From an uncultured bacterium (GTDB lineage: Bacteria; T1Sed10-126), in contig CAZMIT010000048.1 of NCBI GenBank assembly GCA_964566495.1, positions 1-10,324 of the forward strand: a DNA stretch of 10,324 nt. The letters run 5' to 3'. Below, piece by piece: positions 1-7,619 of the stretch. A program made the translations under genes and the position numbers. Under the pieces are notes generated by a model. It did no database searches and had not been told where the DNA came from. It saw only the letters and a program-made list of their open reading frames with translations. Numbering within the stretch: position 1 is the stretch's first letter; every line of letters begins with the position of its first letter.

Positions 1-1099
1 ATTTATCCGCGCTGGCCCGAGCGGTGGCGGCAGTTTTGTTTAACTCGGTACAGGTCGTCGCCAGCCGATCGCTTTCCTTATTTTTTAGATGAGCAATATT
101 TTCGAGAACTACCTCTTCCCCGGCAGCAAAGGCGGCAAATACTGCAAGTACTGGCACAAGATCGGGACAGGTGCCGGCATCGTAGTGAAAATTAGGCGGA
201 CGAAAAGGGCCGCGCACTTCAAGCGAGGACTTGGAACTACTACCCTGCCAGGCAACCGGGGCACCAAGGTTAGCGAGCAGAGAAATAATTTGGCGGTCGG
301 CCTGAGGATCATCGGGGACCAGGCCCTGCAGCTCAAGCTTACCTTCCGTCAAAAGAGAACCAATAATATGGAAGGCGGCGGAACTATAGTCGCCGGGAAC
401 TTCGTAATCAAGCGGTTTCAGCTGGTTGGGAACTACCCGGTAGTGATTCGGTTCAGGAGTCTTCACGGAGACCCCGGCGCGCCGGAGAAGACGGGCGGTC
501 ATCTCCAGGTAAGGCGCGCTTACCGGTTTTCCAGCAAGCTCAATGTCTCCGCCACCGGAGAAAGCCAACGCAATAAGCCAGCCCGAGAGGTGCTGACTGG
601 TAGTTTGGGCAGTGAGTTTGAGTGGTGTTTCGGGCAGTTGCTGGCCGGGAAAGCAGGTCAAGGGGGCAGTGGCGTGTGAACCGGTCGCTTCGATTTTAAA
701 TCCATTGTCCCGCAGAGTCCTGACCAGCTCCTCATGAGAACGGGATAGTAAAGTTCCCTCCGCCTCAAGGACAACCTCTTCGGGGCCGGGTATTACGGAA
801 CAAATCGGAGTCAGAAAACGAAGCAGGGTGCCACTTTCACCGGTATTTATTCTATCTGCAGTGAGTTGTGGCTGGTCTGAAGTCTCGATATCAAAACCTG
901 TGCCGGTGTCACTGATTTTAACACCAAGCGCAGTGATAGCCTCCCGGGTGGCGTCTGTATCCTCAGCTTTCAGAGGGTGATGGACACGCCCCCCGGCAAG
1001 CAAAGCTGCAACAATCAAAGCGCGGTGGGTATAGGACTTAGAGGCGGGAACTCTGAGAGAACCAGCGAGACGGGAAGGTGAACTAAACTGAGCTTTCAT
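1..1099 (-). CDS. aroA: 3-phosphoshikimate 1-carboxyvinyltransferase (EPSP synthase), 3' end outside the window
   Basis: Not in the ORF track because there is no stop in the window. Manual translation from ATG 1099 is open to the window edge: MKAQFSSPSRLAGSLRVPASKSYTHRALIVAALL...GESGTLLRFL...TTSQHLSG...VSAPYLEMT...VPGDYSSAAF...QADRQI...CPDLVPVLAV...HLKNKESDRL. SKSxxHR, GESGTxxR, SQ, PGDxSSA, PD and KESDR are EPSPS motifs in the expected order. Overlaps the rnc 3' end by 17 bp. Confidence 0.93.
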   Translation of the reverse strand, partial: MKAQFSSPSRLAGSLRVPASKSYTHRALIVAALLAGGRVHHPLKAEDTDATREAITALGVKISDTGTGFDIETSDQPQLTADRINTGESGTLLRFLTPICSVIPGPEEVVLEAEGTLLSRSHEELVRTLRDNGFKIEATGSHATAPLTCFPGQQLPETPLKLTAQTTSQHLSGWLIALAFSGGGDIELAGKPVSAPYLEMTARLLRRAGVSVKTPEPNHYRVVPNQLKPLDYEVPGDYSSAAFHIIGSLLTEGKLELQGLVPDDPQADRQIISLLANLGAPVAWQGSSSKSSLEVRGPFRPPNFHYDAGTCPDLVPVLAVFAAFAAGEEVVLENIAHLKNKESDRLATTCTELNKTAATARASADK

Positions 1100-1793
1100 C
1101 AGGTTCGAACTGTTTAAGTGCGCGACGCGCCGCTTCCTGTTCGGCCTCCTTTTTGTTGGCCCCCGAGCCGTTCGCGTAGATTTCACCGTTAACTTTCACG
1201 ACGACGTTATAGCGGGGAGCGTGCTCCGGACCCTCAACTGATTCAACGTGATAAGTCGGAGGCTCGTCCCAGCGCTGCTGAACAGCCTCCAGCAGGCGCC
1301 CCTTAAAGTTGCGACTGCCCTCTGACAAATAACGCTCAACCTCATCCTCCAGGTAGGGGAGAATAAATCGTCGGGTCTCCTGGAGCCCAACGGTGAGGTA
1401 AAGCGCGGCAGTAAATGATTCAACAACATCAGCTCGTTCGCGACGCAGACCACGATTAGCTTTTTCCTCGCCTAAGCCGAGTCGCAAATACTGATCAAAA
1501 TCAAGCCGGCGGGCGATATTGCTGAGGGAGGCGGTGTTTACCACGGCACTTTTTATTTTAGAGAGACGTCCTTCGCGAGCGCCGGGAAAGTTTTTAAAGA
1601 GGTATTCGCCAACCAGTAGCTCGAGGATTGCGTCGCCAAGGAATTCAAGCCGTTCATTATCGTAATCGAGATTGTTTTCATTACGATAACTTCGGTGGGT
1701 AAACGCTTCCAGAAAAACAGCGGAATTTTCCTCAACCGGAAAATCAAACCGCGCCTTGAGCTTTTCAATTAATTGATTGTCCGTAAGTGCCAT
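1083..1793 (-). CDS. rnc: Ribonuclease III
   Basis: AFTHRS, NERLEFLGDA signature, ADVVES catalytic acidic pair, C-terminal dsRBD (NFKGRLLE...GPEHAP...GSGANKKEAEQEAA). SD-like GAGG upstream. Confidence 0.98.
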   Translation of the reverse strand: MALTDNQLIEKLKARFDFPVEENSAVFLEAFTHRSYRNENNLDYDNERLEFLGDAILELLVGEYLFKNFPGAREGRLSKIKSAVVNTASLSNIARRLDFDQYLRLGLGEEKANRGLRRERADVVESFTAALYLTVGLQETRRFILPYLEDEVERYLSEGSRNFKGRLLEAVQQRWDEPPTYHVESVEGPEHAPRYNVVVKVNGEIYANGSGANKKEAEQEAARRALKQFEPDESSV

Positions 1794-1846
1794 AGAAAGT
1801 TTCCTCTTTGAGAGTGTGAAAGTTAAAAAGTTGCTCCAGCCATACC

Positions 1847-1921
1847 CTGGGCCCTCGTTCTCCAGAATAGAGGGAGCCAGTAAAGGATTTTAACCATCCC
1901 TGCGAAAGGAGATGGTTAAAA
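1847..1921 (-). promoter_or_regulatory. Two stem-loops in the fabF-rnc intergenic region (possible RNase III autoregulatory site, processing site or weak terminator)
   Basis: 11-bp perfect IR TTTTAACCATC (1888-1898) / GATGGTTAAAA (1911-1921) with inner CCT/AGG. Second imperfect hairpin CTGG-g-CCCTC-GTTC...GAAT-a-GAGGG-ag-CCAG (1847-1880). No strong U-tract follows on the minus strand, so function is uncertain. Confidence 0.5.
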
Positions 1922-1928
1922 GCGGGTG

Positions 1929-1951
1929 GAGAAGCGGAGGAGAAATGACCA
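1929..1951. repeat. Downstream arm of the inverted repeat flanking fabF
   Basis: GAGGAGAAATGACCA (1937-1951) is the exact reverse complement of TGGTCATTTCTCCTC (3206-3220); GAGAAG (1929-1934) matches CTTCTC (3222-3227). Confidence 0.85.
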
Positions 1952-1964
1952 GTTAAGGAACGTG

Positions 1965-3206
1965 TTAAGGCTTCTCAAGAATAATTGAGGCGTTGTGACC
2001 GCCAAAACCAAAGCTATTACTAATAGCCGCATCGACCTCTAACTCTTCCGCCTGATTGGGGACGTAGTCAAGATCACACTCGGGGTCGGGGTTTTCGTAG
2101 TTAATCGTCGGCGGAACCACCCCTTCTTTAATAGCAAGCGCACAGGCGATCGCCTCAACAGCTCCGGCGGCACCAAGCAAGTGACCAATTGACGACTTGA
2201 TAGAGCTCACCTTAAGTCTATCGGCATGAGCAGCGAAAACATTGCGAATAGCTTTTGATTCCGCCTTGTCATTCAACTTGGTTGAGGTGCCGTGTGCGTT
2301 TACATACTGAACCTGTTCAGGAGAAATCCCGGCGTCCTCCAGGGCAAGGTTCATACAGTCCACGGCCCCCTGTCCGTCGCCGCGGGGCGCCGTAATATGG
2401 TGAGCGTCACAGGTCTGCCCAAATCCGGAGAGCCGGGCGTAAATTTCAGCACCGCGTTTTTCGGCGTGCTCCCGCGACTCCAGGACCAGCACGCCAGAAC
2501 CTTCGCCCATGACAAAACCATCCCGTTCAGCATCGAAGGGACGAGACGCAGCCTCGGGTTCATCGTTTCTGGTGCTCAGCGCTTTCAGAGCGCAGAAACC
2601 TCCAAACCCAAGCGGGGTGGTACCTGCTTCACTACCGCCGGCCAGAATCAGGTCAGCACGATCCTCGAGAATAAACTGGGCGGCATCTCCAAGCGAATGC
2701 GTGCCGGTTGCACAGGCGGTAACGACGGCTTGATTGGGTCCCTGGCAGTTAAGCCGGATGGCGACCTGTCCCGGGAGTATGTTGATTAACAGCTTGGGAA
2801 TTAAGTACGGCGAGAGACGTCGGGCACCTCGTTTAAGCAGCCGCTTGTGCTGGGTTTCGATGGATTCAATACCACCGATACCAGAACCGATTACAACGCC
2901 GGCTCGTTCGGGGTCATATTCAGGATCTTCGGGATCAAATCCTGCGTCGGCGACCGCCTCACGAGCAGCAACGACTCCATATTGAACAAAAGTATCCATG
3001 CGCCGGGTTTCCTTGCGGTTAAAATAGTCCTCCGGTTCAAAGTCATCAACAGTGCCAGCGATTTTGGAATTATAATCCTCTGTATCAAAACGTTCAAGCC
3101 TGGAAACACCGCTTTCCCCCTCGACAACACCGGACCAGAAGTTATCTGTTCCAATGCCGTTGGGAGCTACGGCGCCCAGACCGGTAACAACAACTTCACG
3201 TCCCAT
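1965..3206 (-). CDS. fabF: Beta-ketoacyl-ACP synthase II
   Basis: VVVTGLG N-terminus, catalytic TACATG, NAHGTST, KSSIGHLLGAAG, SNSFGFGGHN. Start placed at ATG 3206 (8 nt from SD GAGGAG); ATG 3212 is only 2 nt from that SD. Confidence 0.97.
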   Translation of the reverse strand: MGREVVVTGLGAVAPNGIGTDNFWSGVVEGESGVSRLERFDTEDYNSKIAGTVDDFEPEDYFNRKETRRMDTFVQYGVVAAREAVADAGFDPEDPEYDPERAGVVIGSGIGGIESIETQHKRLLKRGARRLSPYLIPKLLINILPGQVAIRLNCQGPNQAVVTACATGTHSLGDAAQFILEDRADLILAGGSEAGTTPLGFGGFCALKALSTRNDEPEAASRPFDAERDGFVMGEGSGVLVLESREHAEKRGAEIYARLSGFGQTCDAHHITAPRGDGQGAVDCMNLALEDAGISPEQVQYVNAHGTSTKLNDKAESKAIRNVFAAHADRLKVSSIKSSIGHLLGAAGAVEAIACALAIKEGVVPPTINYENPDPECDLDYVPNQAEELEVDAAISNSFGFGGHNASIILEKP

Positions 3207-3227
3207 GGTCATTTCTCCTCACTTCTC
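3206..3227. repeat. Upstream arm of the inverted repeat flanking fabF, coinciding with the fabF ribosome-binding site
   Basis: Minus strand reads GAGAAG-T-GAGGAGAAATGACCA-TG, containing the SD GAGGAG, ATG 3212 and the first base of ATG 3206. Confidence 0.85.
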
Positions 3228-3243
3228 ACGAAATAATCTCCAG

Positions 3244-3474
3244 TTACTGAAGGTTCTCTATCTGCTCGACCGCTTCACCAACAGTCGAGATTTGCTCGGC
3301 TTCTTCGTCCGAGATTTCGATGTCAAACTCAACCTCAAAGGCCATAATAAGCTCAGCGAGATCAAGAGAATCGGCGTTCAGGTCCTCGGTAAAAGAAGCG
3401 TCGTCAGTTACTTCCGAGGAGTCAACGCCGAGCTGGTCTTCAATAATCTCGGCAACCTGATCTTTAACTGCCAT
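3244..3474 (-). CDS. acpP: Acyl carrier protein
   Basis: 76 aa, very acidic, DLNADSLD phosphopantetheine attachment motif; strong SD AGGAGGTGA (3481-3489) 6 nt upstream. Confidence 0.98.
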   Translation of the reverse strand: MAVKDQVAEIIEDQLGVDSSEVTDDASFTEDLNADSLDLAELIMAFEVEFDIEISDEEAEQISTVGEAVEQIENLQ

Positions 3475-3580
3475 TCAGATTCACCTCCTAAAAATTTATA
3501 AGTTCTAAGTTCTCCAACCAATTTGCCTCACCCAACTATCCAGGCAAGGAATTAGTTGAACTATCTCCAAAAAACTTTCT

Positions 3581-3618
3581 CCCTCACCCTGGCCCTCTCC
3601 CTCCAGGGGAGAGGGGAC
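3581..3618 (+). repeat. BoxC-like palindromic repeat
   Basis: CCCTCACCCTGGCCCTCTCCCTCCAGGGGAGAGGGGAC: pyrimidine tail plus 9-bp stem CCCTCTCCC (3593-3601) / GGGAGAGGG (3607-3615). Matches the pattern of the enterobacterial BoxC repeat as I recall it. Confidence 0.75.
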
Positions 3619-3648
3619 TTTTCGGAGAGGGATTAGTTAGAGAGAACT

Positions 3649-3676
3649 ATTATGATAAATTCCTTTAAAAATTCAA
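3649..3676 (-). promoter_or_regulatory. Candidate sigma70-type promoter for acpP-fabF-rnc
   Basis: TTGAAT (3676-3671) - 16 nt - CATAAT (3654-3649), just after the fabG stop. Internal acpP promoters are common in fab clusters. Confidence 0.5.
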
Positions 3677-3687
3677 GAGATTTTTTG

Positions 3688-4434
3688 TTACATTGCCAGA
3701 CCGCCGTCAATTCTTATCACTTCGCCGGTAATGAAGGCGGAGTTTTCACCAGCCAGGAAAAGTATACAATCAGCCACTTCTTCCGGTTCACCGAACCGTT
3801 CGAGGGGAGTAATCTCACGTATTTCCTCCTGCTGCTCATCGGGCAATTGTTCGGTCATTTCAGTGCGAATAAAGCCTGGTGCGACAGCGTTACAAGTTAT
3901 GTTACGTCCGGCCAGTTCACGGGCAACGGATTTAGTCAGGCCAATGAGACCGGCTTTTGAGGCAGCGTAGTTGGTCTGTCCGGCGTTCCCCTGCAAACCA
4001 ATGACGGAGGAGACCATAACAATCCGTCCCCAGCGTTCCTTCATCATCGGTTTCAGAGCAGCCTGAACGCAGTTATAGGAGCCGGACAAATTGACGTCAA
4101 GCACGTCGTCCCAATCGGACTTCTTCTGTCGAAGCATCAGTCCGTCCTTGGTTATGCCGGCGTTGTTAACCAGGGTATGAATAGCGCCCTTTTCATCCAG
4201 CCAGTCGGAGAAAACAGCTTCAACCGCAGGGGGCTCGGTTACATCAGCCGCCAGGGGTGTAAAATCAGCACCGGTTTCAGCGGCCAGTTCAGATGCAGTT
4301 TCTTCGAGGACGTTAGGATCCAGGTCCAACAAGCCAACGTCAGCCCCGGCGCGGCCAAATTTTTCAGCGATAGCCCGACCAATGCCACGGGCAGCACCGG
4401 TAACAATCACCTTTTGTTCGGAAAGTTCCGCCAT
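3688..4434 (-). CDS. fabG: 3-oxoacyl-ACP reductase
   Basis: SDR motifs TGAARGIG, NNAGIT, YAASK, VAPGFI; position in the fab cluster; TAATG overlap with the fabD stop. Confidence 0.97.
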   Translation of the reverse strand: MAELSEQKVIVTGAARGIGRAIAEKFGRAGADVGLLDLDPNVLEETASELAAETGADFTPLAADVTEPPAVEAVFSDWLDEKGAIHTLVNNAGITKDGLMLRQKKSDWDDVLDVNLSGSYNCVQAALKPMMKERWGRIVMVSSVIGLQGNAGQTNYAASKAGLIGLTKSVARELAGRNITCNAVAPGFIRTEMTEQLPDEQQEEIREITPLERFGEPEEVADCILFLAGENSAFITGEVIRIDGGLAM

Positions 4435-5375
4435 TATTTAATCGCCTCCAGTGTTTGTTTAGTTTGTTCTATATTATCAGTACGATAAATGTCAGGGTCA
4501 TGTTCAGTTTTTTTAGCTATCCGTTTAATGAGCCCATTCAGGACCTTACCGGGACCAACTTCAACAAAAGTATCGACCCCGGCTTCAAGCAGACACTGGA
4601 CAGATTCCACCCAGCGAACCGGTTTGACCAGCTGGTCCAGTAAAAATTGAACCGGCGGGCCGGAACTATGGATTTCAGCAGTCACATTAGGTACATAAGG
4701 AACCCCGCCCTGCCAATCAACTTCAGCCAGAGCGTCTTTTAGAGGGTCAACAGCCCCGGCCATGTAACGACTGTGCCAGGGGCCGGAGACATCGAGAGCA
4801 ACCGCCTTAAGAGCGCCGGCGTCACGAGCCCGGTCGACCACGGCGTCAATCGCTGCCTCAGAACCTGAGACAACGGACTGCCCCGGGGAGTTATAGAGAG
4901 CGACCTGGACAGTGCCTTCAACGGAGTCATCTTCACTAATCAGCGAGCAAAGCTCCTCCAGGGGCTCGGGCTGCAGTTTAAGCACGGCAGCAAGGCCGCC
5001 GTCCAGCTCTTGAGCTTCGGCGTCCATAGCTTCGCCGCGCGCAACAACGGCGGGCAGCAAATCTTGAAAGTCAGCCCAGCCAGCCGAGACAAGGGCGTTA
5101 TATTCGCCGAGACTATGGCCAGCAAAATAATCAGCCTCTATCCCGTTCTGGGAGAGAAACCGATAAATCAGGTGAGAAACCACAAACATAGCCGGCTGCG
5201 TGTATTTAGTGCGGGCAAGTTTGTCGTCGTCTCCCTCAGCCAACAGTTCGTGCAGGTCAAAAGGAAGTGATTCGTTGACCTCCTGAAACCATTGACGCTC
5301 CTCGCCTGTAACAAAATCAAGACCCATCCCTTTTTGTTGTGACCCTTGACCGGGAAAAACAAAAGCTAAAGACAT
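4434..5375 (-). CDS. fabD: Malonyl-CoA:ACP transacylase
   Basis: AFVFPGQGSQ, TQPA, GHSLGEY, PVRW, EVGPGKVL. Start placed at ATG 5375 because the track's GTG 5384 lies within the SD AGGTGA. Confidence 0.97.
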   Translation of the reverse strand: MSLAFVFPGQGSQQKGMGLDFVTGEERQWFQEVNESLPFDLHELLAEGDDDKLARTKYTQPAMFVVSHLIYRFLSQNGIEADYFAGHSLGEYNALVSAGWADFQDLLPAVVARGEAMDAEAQELDGGLAAVLKLQPEPLEELCSLISEDDSVEGTVQVALYNSPGQSVVSGSEAAIDAVVDRARDAGALKAVALDVSGPWHSRYMAGAVDPLKDALAEVDWQGGVPYVPNVTAEIHSSGPPVQFLLDQLVKPVRWVESVQCLLEAGVDTFVEVGPGKVLNGLIKRIAKKTEHDPDIYRTDNIEQTKQTLEAIK

Positions 5376-5393
5376 CTTTATCACCTGTTTTTA

Positions 5394-6386
5394 TTAAGGT
5401 AAAGTAACGATTGCGGCGCCCCAGGTGAGGCCACCGCCAAATGCAACGAACATAACGGTGTCCCCGCTTGAGACGCGACCCTCCCGGCGCGCCTCATCCA
5501 AAGCTATACCAATTGAAGCAGCTGAAGTATTACCGTATTTATCGAGATTAACAATCATTTTTTTCTCGGGCATTTCGAGCCGTTTTCGAACCGAGTCAAT
5601 GATACGAGTGTTGGCCTGGTGACAGATAACCCAGTCAATATCTTCGGGTTCCATGTCAGCCCGGTGAAGAACCTTTAAGGCTGAGGAGCGCATACGACGA
5701 ACAGCAATCCGGTAGACAGCTCGTCCGTCCATGGATAAATAGTGTTCGCCCTTCTCAACTGATTCGGGGGTTAAGGGAAGGGCTGAACCACCGGACGGCA
5801 GGGTCAAAATGTCACGATTTTCGCCGTCGGATTTAATGTAAAGTGATTTGAAGCCGGAGTCCGAACCGTCGGGAGAGCTGCCAAGCACGGCCGCAGCAGC
5901 ACCGTCGCCAAAGAGCACACAGGTAGTGCGATCATCCCAGTTAAGGACACGGGAGTATACCTCGGGAGCAACCAGAAGCACATTTTCAACAACGCCGGTT
6001 TTGATCTGGCTGTGGGCTATAGAGAGACCGTATATGTAACCGGAACAGGCGGCGGAAATATCGAAAGCAGCAGCGCCGGATATTCCCAACTGATCCTGGA
6101 TAGCACAGGCGGTCGAGGGGAAAGCCATGTCAGGGGTGGAGGTGGGGACGACAACGAGATCAATAGAACCCGGCGAAACGTCGGCATCTTCAAGCGCGGC
6201 GCGGGCCGCCGGAACGCCGATATCAGAAGCAGATTGATCCTCGTCAGCGATGCGGCGCTCGCTGATACCGCTGCGAGTACGAATCCACTCGTCGGAGGTA
6301 TCCACCCGGTCTTCAAGGTCGGTATTTGTCACAACATTATCAGGCAGGTAAGAACCAGTGCCCAGAATCACAGGATTTCTCTTCAT
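5394..6386 (-). CDS. fabH: Beta-ketoacyl-ACP synthase III
   Basis: DTSDEWI, AACSGY (Cys), HQAN (His), GNTSAAS (Asn), GGGLTWG; ATGA overlap with the plsX stop. Confidence 0.97.
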   Translation of the reverse strand: MKRNPVILGTGSYLPDNVVTNTDLEDRVDTSDEWIRTRSGISERRIADEDQSASDIGVPAARAALEDADVSPGSIDLVVVPTSTPDMAFPSTACAIQDQLGISGAAAFDISAACSGYIYGLSIAHSQIKTGVVENVLLVAPEVYSRVLNWDDRTTCVLFGDGAAAAVLGSSPDGSDSGFKSLYIKSDGENRDILTLPSGGSALPLTPESVEKGEHYLSMDGRAVYRIAVRRMRSSALKVLHRADMEPEDIDWVICHQANTRIIDSVRKRLEMPEKKMIVNLDKYGNTSAASIGIALDEARREGRVSSGDTVMFVAFGGGLTWGAAIVTLP

Positions 6387-7405
6387 TGTTCAGCCTCCGT
6401 CAGATTAAGCTCCGCCATGCGCTCACCAATAATTGCGTTAAAATTGTCACGTATACAGAGTCGAGCGACACGGATAGCATTTTTAATTGCCTTCGGAGAG
6501 CTGTCCCCGTGAGCAATAATACAACCGTGATTAAGCCCCAGCAGCGGGGCGCCGCCGACCTCCGAGGCATCGATCATCTGTTCAAAGTCTTCAAAAACGG
6601 GTTTCAGCAGCAAACCTCCCAGCTTGGTGCGCCAGGAGCTATAGATACCCTGTTTTAAAAAATCACGTAAATAAACCGCAAGACCTTCGGATAACTTCAA
6701 GACAATGTTACCAACAAAGCCGTCACATACAATAACATCAACAACACCATCAGCTATTTGATGTCCCTCAACATTACCGGAAAAATTGAGCGGCTGCTGG
6801 TCAAAGAGTTCAAAAGCTTCTTTAGTCAGTTTATTTCCTTTTACCGCTTCTTCCCCAAGATTAAGCAGACCGATTGAAGGTCTCTGCTTATCGAGAACAA
6901 TTTCAGAGTAGACGCTGCCCATGAGACCAAACTGAACGAGCTGGACGGGGGTGCAATCAGAGTTAGCACCAGCATCGATGAGGATAGTGTAACCATCCTC
7001 CCGGGTGGGAAAAAGAGTAGCGATGGCCGGTCGTTCGACCAGCTCACGAACGCCCCAGCGAATTTTAGTAGCTGTAGTTACGGCACCGGTGTTGCCGGCA
7101 CTGACAATTGCTTCTGCCCGCCCCTCTTTAACGGACTCTACAGCAACCATGAGCGAGGAGTCACGTTTCTGCCGGACAGCGCTAATCGGATCCTCCTGCA
7201 TAGCAATACGTTCCGGGGCATGAACAATTTCGTAAGAACCCCGATAAGAGTCCGAAGATGAGAGACGGGGGGCGATTGCATCCTCCCGACCTATTAGAAG
7301 TAGATGCAGCTCATATTCCCGGAGCGCAGCTTCTACGCCACCAAGTTCAGCCGCGGGAGCGTTGTCGCCGCCCATAACGTCAACGGCGACCGAAGGTATC
7401 TGCAT
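6383..7405 (-). CDS. plsX: Phosphate acyltransferase PlsX
   Basis: VDVMGGDNAP, SAGNTGA, RPAI, DAGAN, LLNLGEE, CDGFVGN, GGAPLLG, HGDS; lies between rpmF and fabH. Confidence 0.97.
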   Translation of the reverse strand: MQIPSVAVDVMGGDNAPAAELGGVEAALREYELHLLLIGREDAIAPRLSSSDSYRGSYEIVHAPERIAMQEDPISAVRQKRDSSLMVAVESVKEGRAEAIVSAGNTGAVTTATKIRWGVRELVERPAIATLFPTREDGYTILIDAGANSDCTPVQLVQFGLMGSVYSEIVLDKQRPSIGLLNLGEEAVKGNKLTKEAFELFDQQPLNFSGNVEGHQIADGVVDVIVCDGFVGNIVLKLSEGLAVYLRDFLKQGIYSSWRTKLGGLLLKPVFEDFEQMIDASEVGGAPLLGLNHGCIIAHGDSSPKAIKNAIRVARLCIRDNFNAIIGERMAELNLTEAEQ

Positions 7406-7406
7406 G

Positions 7407-7607
7407 TTAACCTTCCGTCGAACCTTCGCTCACATCAAGCACCTGACGGTCCCGATAGTAGCCACAATTCATGCAGACACGATGGGGCAGCTTCTGGCTG
7501 CCACAATTTGAGCACTCACCGGTTGGCGGTTGACTCATTTTCTTCTTCCACTGGGCGTGCCGGCTGCGTTTTTTAGCTTTTGAAGTTCTCTGCTTTGGAA
7601 CTGCCAT
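7407..7607 (-). CDS. rpmF: 50S ribosomal protein L32 (zinc-ribbon form)
   Basis: MAVPKQRTSKAKKRSR, CSNC..PHRVCMNCGYY. Start at ATG 7607 with SD GAGGTG 6 nt upstream; the track's GTG 7616 is within the SD. Confidence 0.97.
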   Translation of the reverse strand: MAVPKQRTSKAKKRSRHAQWKKKMSQPPTGECSNCGSQKLPHRVCMNCGYYRDRQVLDVSEGSTEG

Positions 7608-7619
7608 TAAAATCACCTC

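Noticed and set aside
89..679. 196-aa plus-strand ORF
   Set aside because: Antisense shadow of the clearly recognisable aroA frame; no motifs of its own.
1937..1956. Plus-strand SD and ATG (GAGGAG-AA-ATG) as an antisense gene start
   Set aside because: Reads ATG ACC AGT TAA, three codons only; it is the mirror arm of the fabF RBS repeat.
3499..3512. TAAGTTC tandem duplication before the acpP SD
   Set aside because: Only two 7-bp copies, compatible with chance or slippage.
2292..7576. Many plus-strand and off-frame ORFs (e.g. 2292-2789, 2847-3236, 3154-3501, 3652-3960, 6012-6512, 6326-6658)
   Set aside because: All overlap conserved housekeeping genes and have no recognisable domains.
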